Shown here in pieces: positions 26,401 to 40,679 of a stretch of DNA of 64,000 bases; positions within the stretch are counted from its first letter, which is position 1; the number at the start of each line of letters is the position of its first letter. Under the pieces are notes generated by a model. The model saw nothing but the letters and a program-made list of their open reading frames with translations. It was not told the DNA's origin and ran no database searches. The position numbers and the translations under genes were made by a program. This stretch comes from Podarcis pityusensis (Eukaryota), in the NCBI GenBank assembly GCA_964106645.2, contig OZ067038.1; one strand, 5' to 3'.

Positions 26401-29400
26401 TTTCCTGTGTGCAAGGACACCTAGCTAGCCCTAGCTTGACTGAACAGCTGCTTTACAAATATGGTGGCCTCTTGTAAGTGACAGGAAGCTTGGGCCAAAA
26501 GGTGAAAGGAGGGGCAGACAAAATATTAAGGAGGTAAAGAGAGAGTAAAAGAGCAGATGTAAAGGTCAGTTAAAACCCGAATGTCACATTGAAAGCCGTC
26601 AGGAGACCAAACTGCCTATTTGTCTTTTTAAATAACTGGCATTTGTATGATTGCGACGTCGACATTTAGACTGCAAAAACTGTTAAAGGACTCAAGTGAA
26701 TTATGACTTCAGTATTTTTTTTCCCTGCAGTGGTGAGCTCCTCAGTGTTATTACAACTGTTTGATGGTCTGCTACTTAGTGATGAATTAATGCAGCTTTT
26801 ACAAAGCAACATAATGGCGGGATTTACATAATACAGGAATTTACTGTACCTTTTTTATTTCTTCAAAATGGTGTCGAGAAGTGAGTTGTAATAAAATTGT
26901 AGGAATAAGGGCAGAACAGCCAAAGCAGCTACGTTATGCTGAGGTTGTCCTGCCCTCTCTGTAATGTGCAGTACAACTTACTCCTACGTTCCTGTTATTG
27001 TTGCCCAGAGCATTTGCCCACTCCTGCTAGTGACAGCCAGTGATGTGGGGGCTGGGAAAACCCAGAGGCAGGGATGGCTTACAACAAACACTCAGTTGCC
27101 CTGAGTGAGGTGCCAAGAATGTCTTCAGCAGGTAGGAGTTGCAGGCTCTCTCATTCAGAGGTAGGATACTTTGGCCATAATGCTGACCTTAGTCAAGCCA
27201 AAGAGCTATGCTAATGGACCAATAGAGCCTGAGGAAGACTGTTGAATTGATAACATCCCTTTGAGATGGTTGTTTTTTACCTTCCGAGATATCTACTGAG
27301 TGGGTAATTTTGCTTCCAGCAGTATCAAGGGTGCATGGCATATTTGTTATCTTTACTCTTGTCTTTGTTTCATTACTGGGCACTTATGAAAGTTGTGACA
27401 CTATGACTTTCTTTTGCATGTGGAACACTCAAAAGTTTTGTTGCTTGACTCTGACGTACCTGTTAATACAATGGCATTTGCTTTGTGAGAGTGGGAAGGC
27501 TTGCTTTTCAGTTGGCTGGACTGCAATATTGCCCAAGGCAGAAACGGCTAGGAATGATCTTCTGTCATGGTTCTTATTGTGAGTTGTATTGCCTTGAAGT
27601 TCATGTTTCATATTTGTGGTTCTGACCGAACTTGTTACCAGTAGTTGGAATGAAACAGAGTTGGGTGCCCATTGTACAATTGCAAAACATTTCCCTTGTT
27701 CTAAAGCCCTATGGAGATAAGTGTTTGCATCAAAGACACAATGTTCTAAGGCAGGATGCAAAGAAGTCAGATGACAGCAGTCTTGTTCCCATAGAGAGGG
27801 CAACTCCTTTCAACAGCTGTGGGATTCAGCCAACCTGACGGAACAATTTCTGTCTCCATTCAAATTGATATGCTCAAAGTTGACGTTTCTGCCTGTATGG
27901 GACTTATATTCCCATGCACCCCTGCATCAGGTTGATGGCAAGTTTGGAGGGGCATGATCTAGCTTGGGAAATGGCATAGAGTGAAAGGATTAAGCACCAC
28001 TTCTTTCAGTGCCACTGCTAAGATCAAAACTGGAAACTTCAGTGGCAACTTTATTTTATAAAGAGTCAACAAAAGCTGACCTTTGCATTGTGTTTGTTTG
28101 GTTTGGTTGTATGTTGTTTACCACTGCTCCATTCCATTGTTGCAAGCAGTTATACCAGGTGAGATTAGTTTTGCAAGACTGAGGAGCCTGCCACCAATTC
28201 TCTGTTCCAGAATTGGTCTCCTAAAACAAATTTCTCGGTTACTCTTGTAAAAAATGTTTGGAACCCTGCATGGGGAAAATGTGATTTGATGTGAGCAGGG
28301 GCGGGGCGGGGTGGTGGTCGCTAGAAGCAGCTTTTTCCAAAATAAAAGAGTATCATGTTTTATTTATTTATCAGTTTCTTTATTTATTGCAAATACTCCT
28401 TCCTCCAAAAGAAGCCCAGGGCAATATACAACAAAAGATAAAACAATAAAATACATAAATAAAGAAAATGCACGGGACAGCCAAAAATATATGTAAATGA
28501 ACAAAATAATTCAAACACAGAATAGTCCACTGTGGTCAGGCATTAGTGAGCAAATTGTAAAGGCTGGAGTAAATGAAATCGCCTTCAACTGATGTCTAAA
28601 TGCAAACAAGTAGGACAACAGTGGACATTGCAGTTAGGGTGGCATTGTGGAGAAGGCCCTGCTGCATGTTCCCAAATCACAAATCCTAGTGAGGACTGCA
28701 AATAGACACACCCACCCTGGTAGATTTAAAAAATTGAGTCAGGTGGTATTGGAGGAGCTCCCAAAGATGCTTGTGTGTAACAGTTATTTAGGACATCCGG
28801 TTCATCCGCTGGTTCAGCGATGACATAGGAGCAAGATAGGAAGCTGCCATATCCAGAGCCAGACCTTTTGTCTATTTAGCTCACTGACTGGTTGTGAGTC
28901 TCCAGGGTCTCAGACAGGGCACGTTCTCAGCCCTGCCTGGATGATGCCTTGTTGAGAGGAGGTTAGGATACAGACAACCAAATGAATCAAAAGTAGCTAT
29001 TGCAAAATCCTCTGTAGCTTAACCAAAACAAAATTTACTGAGGCTCAGCAATCGACAAAAATACGTTAGTCTACTTTTCATTCATGCCATGGCAATAAGG
29101 TGTGCACACAAATGTACACATCAAAAGAGCCGTTGCCATGGCCCAACTCTGCTTTCTGCCACCTTCACTATCCTTTAGTTTGAAAGATGTGAATATCAGC
29201 AAGTCCAGCCCTGATTTGGGGTTAATTCTTTCTTTGCCGCCATGCTTTAGGTAGGCTGTCTGTCTTTTTATTTATTCATTTTTGAACAACAAACCACTGC
29301 TGTTAAACCATCAAAGACTGTAAAATGCCTATGTGGATGATGGTGATGGGGAGATGGGATCATGACATCACAGCTGCCAGCCAATCAACACTGCGTGTGG

Positions 29401-30842
29401 TTTAAGTCTGTCACAAACCTACTGAATCCCAGTGGCAATGAGCGTGCTTCACTCCTACCCTGCCCTCCAGGGGGAGCCTCTGCTGGATCTGGGTTCCTTC
29501 TATGAAGAACATGTCAGGATCCAACCCATTATTTATGATTACACTTTAGTGTCATTCCTTTAAGGACGGTGTACATGGGGCGCCTGTTTCCTCCTCCTAC
29601 TTTTATTCTCCTAGCGGTCCTTCGAGGTAAATCCGTGTGAGAGATGGTGGTCGGCCCCAAAGTCAACTTCATGACTGAGCTGAGTTTGGTAGCCAAATAA
29701 TTATTATTGTTCTTGAAGAACCTACACAGCTGCTCACAAGAATCTCAGGAAACACAGGTGCTAGTATTCCGCTTATCACCTCTTCTTGTCCCTGTCCGTG
29801 TTTGTAAAGGAAGTGAGTTTGGCATCTTTCAGCAAACTTTCCTTCTTCAAAAGATTTCCCCTCCCACACAAGCACAACACCCCTTCCCATAGGAAGTGTG
29901 GCAGCACTTACTGGTTTCCTGCTGCTGACTGGCTTCTGCTAGGTGTAATTTAGTGTTGTACGGGGAAAACAATATAATGGGTGGTATTGTTGTCAAGAGG
30001 GATGTTATGGTCGGGTTCTGTAATTCCATGTGCAGCCGGACTTTGAAATGTCTCAGCCAAGCGAAATCTACGGTTAGAGGCAGTGTTGGACATGTTCGGC
30101 ACGTACAAGGGAGGCACCAAACCGAATCAAGCTGCTTTAGTTTTCAGTGAAGAAAACGTGGGTTTCTGCTTCAGTTTGTAAAGTAAGGCCTTGTTTCATA
30201 GTCTGCATGCCAGTATTGTTTGAGGTGCACAGAAGAGTCCGTGGTTTGCAGAACTTAGCAGAAGAACCTCTCACATACAGCTGCCAACTTCTTTGGGCAG
30301 TGAGGGAAATGGAAAGCAAGTTGCCAGAGTGCAGGAGGAAGGAGAGAAGGGGCAGCACCTGCTGCTGAGTGAGCTGCATTGTGAGCACTGGCTGAGGAAC
30401 GGGGGCGGACGGGGGAGTGTACTGCCCATAGCACCATCAGGGAGGGGGTACCATCGCAGCTGCCCCCCAACAAGCGCCGCGCACCATGCCCCTGGGATGC
30501 GCGCCAGCCACACCCCCACCTGCTCTCCACCCCCGGTGCAGCTTCGCCCCTGATTGTGAGTCCACAGATATAGAAGCAAGTGCACACACACATAGAAAGG
30601 GCAGTCACTCCTGCCCTTTCTGACACATGACAACATGAACTAAATGAGGAGACAAAGCTACTGTTCAAAATCAAGTAGAATTGTGAGCATGTACTATTGG
30701 ATTGCTGTGATATATTTGACATTATTGACTGAAGTCAATTGAATGTTAAATGGTGTCGATTGACCACTTTGTCTTAGAAGCCATAAGTTCTAATGCAGTT
30801 GGCCTCCAATCAACCATTTGGCTGCTTGCTTGCTTGCTTGCT

Positions 30843-31062
30843 TATTTATTTATTTATTACATCTATAGACCCACTTTTCCTCCAAAGAGCTCAGAGTGGT
30901 GCACATGGTTCCCTGGTCTCCATGTTATCCTTACAACAACCTTGTGAGGTAGATCACTCGAGTCTATGGTGGCCCAGGATTATTCAGTAAGGTTCATGGG
31001 TGGGTTGCAATTTGTACCTTGGTCTTCCAGTTCCTGGCCCAACACTCTCCTATACCATACTG
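30843..31062 (-). mobile_element. Older tRNA/CORE SINE
   Basis: (TTTA)n tail, ATCCTTACAACAACCTTGTGAGGTAG body, reverse head; similar to 18405-18607. Confidence 0.7.
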
Positions 31063-31284
31063 GTATTTGTGGATGACACAAAGTAAACTAAGATGGTAAA
31101 AATGGAAGGTTTCTGCCAGGAGCTTCAAAAGGAATTCTCCAAACCAGGTGAATGGGCAACAAAATGCCAAAGGTAGTTCAAGGTAAGTAAAGTGCTGTTC
31201 ATAGGGAGGCAAAAAACCCAAATCCCATCTTCACAGTATAAATTGACTGGGTTTTAACTGCCAGTTACTGATCAGGAAAATTAT

Positions 31285-31760
31285 ATTGGAGTCATGGTTG
31301 ATAGCTTAGTGAAAAATCTGGTTTAGGCTAAAACAGCTAGGAGTTACTAGGAAAGGGATAAAAAAATAAAATCGCCAGTATTGTAATGCTCTATATACAA
31401 ATCTATTGTGGAGTCAAATTTGAGATAGTGTGCAAATTTGGGTCACCATATCTCCAGAAGAACAGCTAGAAAAAGTGTAGGAAAGGGCAATAGAAATTAT
31501 TGGGGGTGAGAGGAGCACTTTCCCTACAAGGAAAGGCTACAACAATTGGGGCTTTCTTGTCTTGTTTAGGGGAAAAAAAGACGAATAAGGGGAGACATTA
31601 CTGAGATTGTTCACTTTTTTCATTCTATGTATAATTTTAGCAAATATACCCCCCTTTCTCTCAAAGTACTAGAACCAGGGGTCATCTGGTGAAACTGAGT
31701 GGCAGCAGAGATAAGGTGGAAGGCACTTCTTCATACAGTGCACAAATAATGTATGGTTTG
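31285..31760 (+). mobile_element. Decayed CR1 ORF2 3' region
   Basis: CTATATACAAATCTATTGTG…TTTGGGTCACC…AGCTAGAAAAAGTG…TACAAGGAAAGGCTAC…ACTAGAACCAGGGGTCAT pattern of CR1 ends. Confidence 0.7.
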
Positions 31761-34700
31761 GCTTCCTGGGTCATGCAAACCAGGGCATAGGGGATTGTAC
31801 TACAGAAATTAGTAGCAATAGCACACACTGGTGGCTTCTGGAACAGGCAGAGTTTTTGCCTTGGAGCAGGACATTACCTATGCTGTCAGCTCCATCAACC
31901 TTGTCTGTAGTTTTTCTGCAATAACCACCATTGGCCTCTCTGCTGTTAAGGAAGCGAACAGTACAAAGGCTATCCCAACACTCACATTGCTCAGGGAACG
32001 AAGAGCACAATAGCACGTTCCTGTTTGCAACCTGCACTTCAGTTTTTTTATTGGAGCTTTTTCCTATTTTTGACCACACTGTGGCTAAACCATCATCCTT
32101 GCATTGTGTGGTTAGACTGCAGAATGTAGCTGTAACTTCATAAAAACACCTTGCTATCAGCATGCCATTCTTCTCTTAGCCTTTGAAAAGAAAGTTTGTC
32201 TCTTCTTTTGTTTTTAAGGAGTAGCTTGAAGAACAGCGATCCATAAAACATGTTGAGATTATTGTACTGCATTTCTTAGGTAGGAGTATTGTATCTCATT
32301 CCATATTTTCCTTAAACATTTTTGGTTTAAGATTATTAAAATACTAATTCTGCACCTGGGTGGTTGCCCACAATTTCCTCTTTTTTCTTGATTGGGATGC
32401 AGCCCTCTTTTCTTTTTTCTTACCTTGTATCAACAGGTGAAGCAAATGTGTTTTCCTTTTTTCTAAGGGAAAATCCTAGGTTTCAGTTACATGGTCCTGT
32501 TTCAGATCTCATATCACGCGCTCAAATTAATGCTAGTCAGAGGCAGAAAACTCAAATTTTAGTCCATTCATCATTCTCCTAATTAAGAGCCAGCTAATGA
32601 GTTGCCAGCTCAAATGCTTTACTTTCATTTCGTGGTGCTTTCCTCTCCTTAAAGCTGCATAGGCTGAGACAGGCTTACGCCTGCTTCCTATGGAGCAATA
32701 ATACGTCTCTTACTGTTTTCCCAACCATTCTCTGTATGGAACCTTTACTTGATGATTAGCTTCAGATTGATGGCTTTTCTCCAGTGCAGCAAAACTGTCT
32801 TATTTCTAGCTACTACGTGGCATGATTCCTCTCCACCCACTTGGTTAGAAATCACTGGCTCTGCCATTGAAACAACAGTTTTGCTTGCTCACAGGATGGT
32901 AAATTGTAGCCAGTGGCTCTCACCGCTGTGAATAAGAGATAAGGTGGATGGTGCACACAATAATTCCTAGCCTTGCGTGTTATGTGTGTGCGACACTGTC
33001 CTTCAGTAGCCATCTCAGAGCTTAATATACAGAAGAGTCAACATGATTGTTGAACAATAGTACAGTTGAACCTGATAGTTGATGTCTTTGTGGCTCAGAA
33101 GAAAATGAAATACATCTTGTTGCTTTGTAACTTTTATAGAGATTTCCAGAGCTGATTGCCCCAATAATAGCCATTTTGGATCCCAGGATTGCATATTACA
33201 CTTCTCATTTCTTCTCTGTTACAAACAGAAACCGTAGCTAAAATTATGTTGAGCGCAAGGAGGACACTGGCTGAAATCTTTTCCCAAGCGAATGTAACCA
33301 GGGTCCCTACCTGTCAGTAGAGCCATTTGATATTGTATCTCATTTTTGTATGTTAACAGATGTCTGAGTCCTACTGTGAAGTCTGTTGACTGGTTCAATA
33401 AATTGATTGAGCCGTACAACTGAAGCTATCTGTTAAGGGTGTCCTTTTGTTTTCAGGCAGCTTTTAAGTTCTTGGGAGGTTTTACTATTGATTTTGTTGG
33501 GGCTGTATTTCTGTATTACTTTCCTCTTTGTTCTTTTATCGTGAGTGGCATTGTTCTGCTTGGAGTTTTGAAATTTTGCTTTTTGATTGTGAGCCATACT
33601 ATTGGCACTGAACGTATGGGATATTTTTTTAAAATAGAAATAAATAAATATGTAAAGCCAGCTGCCTGGTGCAAAATGTGGCTCTTAGAGCAACTTTTAT
33701 CTACTTCCCTGCCCTGGCAGAAGCGCACCTGATTTCTTTTTTAAAATCAAGGTTGTTGTTTTTTAAGTGAATGGATTGCCCAACATTGCACCTGTAAGGA
33801 AAAGAAAGCTGTTCCCAAATTCACATGTGTGAAAGAGACATTCTCAAATGCATGCCCTCCGTTACTTTGAAACCATGACTGCTAAATGGTGCTGACTTCA
33901 TTAGAAAGCCTGGCCATCTGTGAAGAGGGTGGGTTGTGCATCCTAACACAGTGGCCCACGCAGCTGTCTGGAGAACAGCATTGCCCTGAGGTTTGCCCTC
34001 ACGGATAAAGAGGGACAACTGGGAATAAGTTAATTCCTTCCCTTGCAAATAAGCCAGCCGAAATAACTGAGACAACACTTAAAGCCAACCTGCCTGTCCT
34101 CTTCAAAGGACAAGATGTTTGCCACGATTCTAGCTTCTGCTTTTTTGGAAAACAGCAGCTATTCCCCATCCTTCTGACCCTGACCTTCCCTCCTACATGT
34201 CCGCTTTCTAAGTTTTCCATCCATCCCAGCACCAGCTGTCTGTTCCATAGCAGAACATGCATAGATCCTTGCATGCATTCATGCACATGCACTCTGTGGT
34301 TTGGGGAACTAATCCAACTCTGGCATTAGAAAGGGGAATGGAGTCATATTACCCTAACCCCACACCCCACACACATCCTAAAACCACACAGGAATGCCCC
34401 ATACAAACCAAGCAGTTGTTATGCTGTAACAAAGTTGAGGTGATTGGGTAAGTGGGGCAGTAGTCCTTGCCCCCAGTCCAGTGTGAATCAATAATATCTG
34501 TTGCTAAAGAGCATTCAGCCCAAACATGACTTGCTTGGTAAGAGGAGAAGTTCCACTGCGTCAGGATCCTATTCCCCCTTCTAGGTGATCCACGCAGTCC
34601 AAGACGGCTTGCCCTATACTCTGAGAACAACTGCTGTAGAATACAATGGACAGCACGCAAGAGTTGGAGAAAGAACCTACCTGTTTCCTAGCTTTGATAA

Positions 34701-34873
34701 AGAGACAAGCTTGCAAACCTCTGGCCTGGAAGGGAGCTTCTGAACCCTTGAAAGCAAAACACCATGGAGAAGATTTGTCATTTCTACAGAAGCAGTATGG
34801 TGGCAAAAGCTACACTTGCTAGCCTTCATCCTGCCATTCAGCCACTTAAGATATTGGCGGTTTTCTTGCAATC

Positions 34874-34975
34874 TTGTTGTTGTTGGCATCCGTCTGTCTC
34901 AGGAGACAATGAAGGAAGTGCGCCTTTGAGGGTGAAGTCAAACTGCTGGAGGGTTACAGCGTCTGCTGTGGCTTG
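34874..34975 (-). mobile_element. 3' end of an RTE-related element (same family as 24-99)
   Basis: (TTG)n is a reverse (CAA)n tail, followed by GGCATCCGTCTGTCTCAGGAGACAATG…GAGGGTGAAGTCAAAC. Confidence 0.65.
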
Positions 34976-35236
34976 GAAATCATAGCCTTGTTCGGGGAAA
35001 ATGAGTGTGCTCTCTGTTTTTGATCAGAAGCCTATTGGAAAACAGTAAATGAAGGAACCCTGTTGGGAGGGTATCCTTGCATTCAGATCTGTAGAGTGCA
35101 TTCAGGCTGCATGGGCCAAATTGCCTTGAATTTTTTTTCTTGCCAGCACTCATTCTCACTGATGGCCTTTTTATTTCCAGGACATTTCTGCCCTGCAGAA
35201 CTTTGATATAATTATTCCTTGACACTCACCAAGTAA

Positions 35237-35524
<288 letters not shown>

Positions 35525-37517
35525 TAATAGTTCAAGCTTGCACAAAGGTAAGGAAGAAAAAGCATGTGTGGCCATCTTGTGTACTAGCATCATGGACTTA
35601 GGACATGGTTTGAAATTTCAGCTGGAAGGAGGAAAATAACCTCAAAGATACAAAAGATGGGGATCCAGTGGCATGCAGTGCCATTAATTAGCAAAGTACG
35701 GTAACTTTCATTTCCCCACATTGCACCACCGTAGCAGTTCCTGTAAGGAACCCGCTCTCAGACTTCGTTATATTGTCCTATAGGGCTTCCCAGGTGCTTG
35801 TTTCTGTCCTTGTTTATATCCTTGGGGAAATACAGAATGTTCCTCCTTCCCATGCCTGATACAAATGGGTCAGGGTTCGAAAGGCTGCAGAATGCTGAAG
35901 CGAGGTACTGAGAAGGGAATCCATGAGCCGTGGCTTCTTTTGATGCTTGCCAGAAACCAGCTGAGTCGAGTCCCTCGCATTATTTATTTTTGTCTTGTTT
36001 ATCTTGTTAGTGAAATGCTCACTCATGCATAGGCAAGGCGGTGAAAGCTGAGAGGAAGCAGTGCAGAGAGCATGATAGGAGGGACACAAATGACTGAAGG
36101 GAGAATGTCTGGGTGCTTTTCTGTTCAGAAGTGGCATGTGCCTGCCCAGAACACATCTCTTGTCTCCTGACATTCATTTCTCTTTCTGTGCTTTTTTAAA
36201 AAAAAAACGTGCAATCTTTTTGAACCCAGCCAACATACTTTAGGAAAGTCCCTTGCTGCATGCCTGGCACTGTGGCATATTCAGTCTTGTAGCTGGGACC
36301 AGGGCATTCTTGATCTCTTCAAGGCCACAATGACTCCTCTTTTCCTGTAGGAAAAAACCCCAGCTTGGAAACCCCTTTTTTCCATTTAGCAAAAGAGGAT
36401 CACACATAGACCCTTGTCAAGTGTCAGTGATCCCCTTTGAAAGTGTAGGACAAGCGCCCACTTTGTTGTGGCATCGTGTGGTAAAAAATGCCATGGCCAC
36501 AGAAGAAGTCAATAGGGTCTTGTCAGAAGAAAATGGGGCTGTTGTTCTGTCTCTCTCAGCTTCAGTTTTCATTGCTCTTGGCTGCAGTTCAAAGTAAACA
36601 CGAAGTATAAAGGCTGGGCACGCAGTAATTTAAAACGAAAGGGTAAGTAACAGCAGGAAAGCAAGGGTGGTGGTGCCCTGAATCCTTTGCAGTGCAGGTG
36701 GGTTCATACCCTTCTACGAGATTTTTTACTGATGGCCATTTGTCCTGGGACATATTTAAAAGTGATCTTGGTGAAAATATGCGCATACACTTCATACAAA
36801 AAATCATGTGGAGCCAAGCCTCCATATACGAGTGTTAATCTTGTATTTAGTTCGAAGTGTGCTCTGTATGAAGACAACTGAGTGCAATATTTAAAGCACT
36901 TTTTTTTCATTTGGCTGGGTTCCTATAACTGGTCCAACATGAGAGAATTGCTCTTTAATTTTACTGGAAAATAAAACATTTTCATTTTTGAGGCATATTT
37001 AGATTATTAGAGCTGTGGTAGCTAACCTGTGATCTTCCAGATGTTGGCATAGCCAATGAAGGGATTCACAGTCTAGCAAAATACAGAGGGCGACAGATTA
37101 GCCACCTTGCATTGGGGATAAACATGTGATACTGTCCTCCTGGAACTATACCACTTGAGGGTACATGTGTTCTTACTGCATATTTAAATCTTTCTTTGCT
37201 GAAAAGCTCCCTCCTACTATGAATGAAGATTTTAGCTTAGTGTTCTCTCAGTTTCTTATGAGCGGGGTGTTAATGTGGAGAAGCGTTCAGACATGTGATC
37301 CCTTTGATTGCTTTCTGAAATGATATGGTCTTTGCGAGTGCATAACATCTCAACTGTGAACACAGCTCTGTAGATTGCAGTTGTGGTATTGCAATAAAAG
37401 ACAAACGGAAAGTTTCCCAAGGTAGACTGTGTTCTTTCGGTTGTATATCAGTTGTTTACTGAAGTGGAATGAAGAAGTTCATTGAAAAAGTGGAACATAA
37501 CTCTTTTCTCTTTCTGA

Positions 37518-37697
<180 letters not shown>

Positions 37698-38467
37698 TGA
37701 TTACAGGAACTGACCAACTTTTCCACTACAAGGTGACGATTGTACTACTGTGGTGGTGATTGTTATGGAATCCCCTAAGTTCGACATATGTGTTTAGCAA
37801 GCAAAGACTCTTGAGTCCTGTGGGGGACTGCAGACAACCATATTACATGTTGAGCCCAATTGCAAGTCTGGTTTCTACCAGGCTCCCCAACAAGTAATGT
37901 CTACCAAAGTCCAGAAAGTGTGTGGAATAAAACTGCACTGGATATTTGATGCAGTGCACTACAGGTAGATCATCTATTTTGAATCCCTTTGTGATTTATG
38001 TTGGCTAGAAACTTGCAGAACACAGGGTGAGATGGCCTGGAAATTATCCCTGTAAAGCTTCAGAAAGAGTTGTGTTCTCCATGCTCCTTCTGACATTTTC
38101 ATACACTTCCTGGATAATTATTCTGCCTGATTGTACTTGAGGTTGAGGGCTAGGAAACCAGATAAGGGGACATGCTTCTGTCCAATTCGAAAGAGAAATT
38201 TTTCACATTATGCCATAATCCACTAATTCACAATCATGGTGAACGACATCTACATTTTGCATCTGGACGTTGGCTTACAGATCATGCAGCTTTTCAAAAC
38301 TAAAACTCCAGTGAAAGCATTAATGATATATGTTATTACAAACTCATTTGCTTATGTAGCCTGAAGTGGCATGGCTCTCATCTCTATGGAATGGTCTAGG
38401 GGCTAGGAATGGGGGAATATAACAAGGGTGTGTGTAAGGTTAAGGGGTACTTTAAGGTTAAAATATG

Positions 38468-38690
38468 TTACCATCTGTCTGTCTCTGGAGACAATGGAGG
38501 AGTGCACCTTTGGCGGTGAGGTCAAGCTGTTGAATGGTTGCAGTAGCTGCTGTGACTGTAGAGACTGATGCAGGAGAGACATGTTTTGTTGCAGTTGGGG
38601 CAGATAAAGGCATCTGGTTGTGCTGCTCCAGATGCACCATGATGTTTCTTCTCTCTGAGCCTGAGGAGTTCATACGTTAGTCCTTAACTT
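38468..38690 (-). mobile_element. RTE-related element fragment (same family)
   Basis: CATCTGTCTGTCTCTGGAGACAATGGAGGAGTGCACCTTTGGCGGTGAGGTCAAGC matches the other two copies. Confidence 0.6.
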
Positions 38691-40177
38691 CAGCATGAGG
38701 TATTGCAAGAGTGCGGAGTCTACCCTGGTCAATGTGTTTCATGAATCTGCTTTGTTTCCTCTGACTTCTGCCTATATGAATGACAGAATCAATCCACATG
38801 TCAGAATAAATGCATGCCTGGTGTGTGGCTTCCACCCTACTGTAGGCATTTTGTTTTGCATGAAGATGTTATCATAGCAGTTCAGTGGGCATCTGGGGTT
38901 GACTGACAGCTTTCTGGTGCGAGGACTGCCCGATGAAAAGGCTTATAAAGTTTTCCAGACTATGAATTTTAAAAGGACTCAAATTAAGGCTTTAAATAGC
39001 TGTCACTGTTGTAAACTAGAAAGTAAAAATTAATGAGGCAGGCAGAATGTATTTAATGTGGCTCAGGCAGGAAATGCCACATCAGGCAGGTAGTACTTAA
39101 TGAGAAAATCATCTTGAGTTAGTACCAAGTTCAGGGTTATTGTTGTTTTAAATCAACCTTAGCCATAATTTTTTTGTCCCAAAGCTCTCCAGTGTCATTC
39201 AGCCTATTGAAAGTTTTCAGCACCAGGCTGCTGTATATCATATAACCCCGAAACAGCAGCATCACAAGTTTGAGAAAACAGGAATGCAGAATTGATCTAG
39301 TAATGGCAACATCAAAATGGCTTTCTGTGTGGTGATCAAGGAAATGGCTATTGAGAATTAGAAATGACTATGAAAATAATTATTTACACAGCCAAGGCCC
39401 CTGTGCAAATTGGCTTAAAAGAAGCTCTTTGCTGGTGTAGTTCACAAACTATTTTCCACCAGCCAATGAGCTTTTCATCCTTCCTGGATCCTGATTAGCT
39501 GCACACCAGAAGCTCATATTTGATTGCAACATACAGTTAGAGTTAGATACTACTGGGATAATTATTGAGATAAGCATTTTTATTCTCCCATTCATGCATT
39601 TCCAACATATCAAATAGCTATCGGCTTTTCAGACTCTTGAGCCCTGCTTCCATGGTATAACACTGATCTGAAATCCAACTATGTCAGCAAGGAGAAAACT
39701 TAAGCTTTTAGCCTGTAATAATGAAACAGTGTTGGTTGATCACAACCAGCGTAGAGAGCTATGCAAATATGCAGGGCTGGCTGTTATTGGGCAGAAGACA
39801 CGTATTGCTTGCAGCATTAAAAACAGGCAGCTGTTTGTTTCTGTCTTCTTCCCACTCATAACTGGTGAAGTGCGGAAGTGACTGACAGGGCTATGGTCTG
39901 TTTTACCTCAATTCTATACATCAGCCAAACCTATTGAAATTGAAGCCATAACAAACACATGTTCCAGCTTACATAAGCTTATATATAATGTTTTTAAGCT
40001 CTATCTCTCATGTTTCATTTAGTTCTCAGTCTAGAAGGATGCTCTTTATTTCAGCTGCAGTCCATGAACCGTTTAAAGCAGCCACTGGATAGTTAACATC
40101 CCAATGCAGTGGGATGTTGCAATGTGCAAGGCAAGGAGTGGGATAAGACTAGGTACAAAGGCCTTATGCTAATGGAC

Positions 40178-40302
40178 CCTTCGGTATCCTGTTGGTCCTC
40201 CAAATGCTTTTGGACTACAACAACTCCTATTATAGCCCCACATCAGGGCTATTGGGAGTTGTGGTTCAAAACATCTGGAAGGCATCAGGTTAGTGAAGGC
40301 TG
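40178..40302. mobile_element. Palindromic hAT-like MITE copy (approximate ends)
   Basis: CCTCCAAATGCTTTTGGACTACAA…GGGAGTTGTGGTTCAAAACATCTGGAAGG inverted core. Confidence 0.65.
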
Positions 40303-40601
40303 TGCTCATGCAGTATTGAGAGTTATCATGTTGCAACAGCAAACAGGGATGGCACAACAGTGCTGAGATGAGAAAGTTCTTGCACAGGTTTTTAGATGAA
40401 GGGGGACATGGCAGAGACTGGACAAGTGAATGGTGGTGCTACCCATAAGAATGAGAAGAAGGAGCTTGTACTAGTTGAAACGCTGGTGCAGCAGCCCTAT
40501 AGGCTGGGTTCCTGAAAGTCCTTGTCCCACTGACACCAGTGGAATGAAGCTACCAGTTATTTTGTCTTAATGATCTTGTGGTTTCGCTGCCCTTAGGTTT
40601 T

Positions 40602-40641
40602 GGAAACCCAGCCAGATGGGCAGGGTATAAATAATAAATTA

Positions 40642-40678
<37 letters not shown>
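40602..40678 (+). mobile_element. Extreme 3' end of the L2 family with (TTA)n tail
   Basis: GGAAACCCAGCCAGATGGGCAGGGTATAAATAATAAATT(ATT)n matches 467-547. Confidence 0.85.
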
Positions 40679-40679
<1 letters not shown>

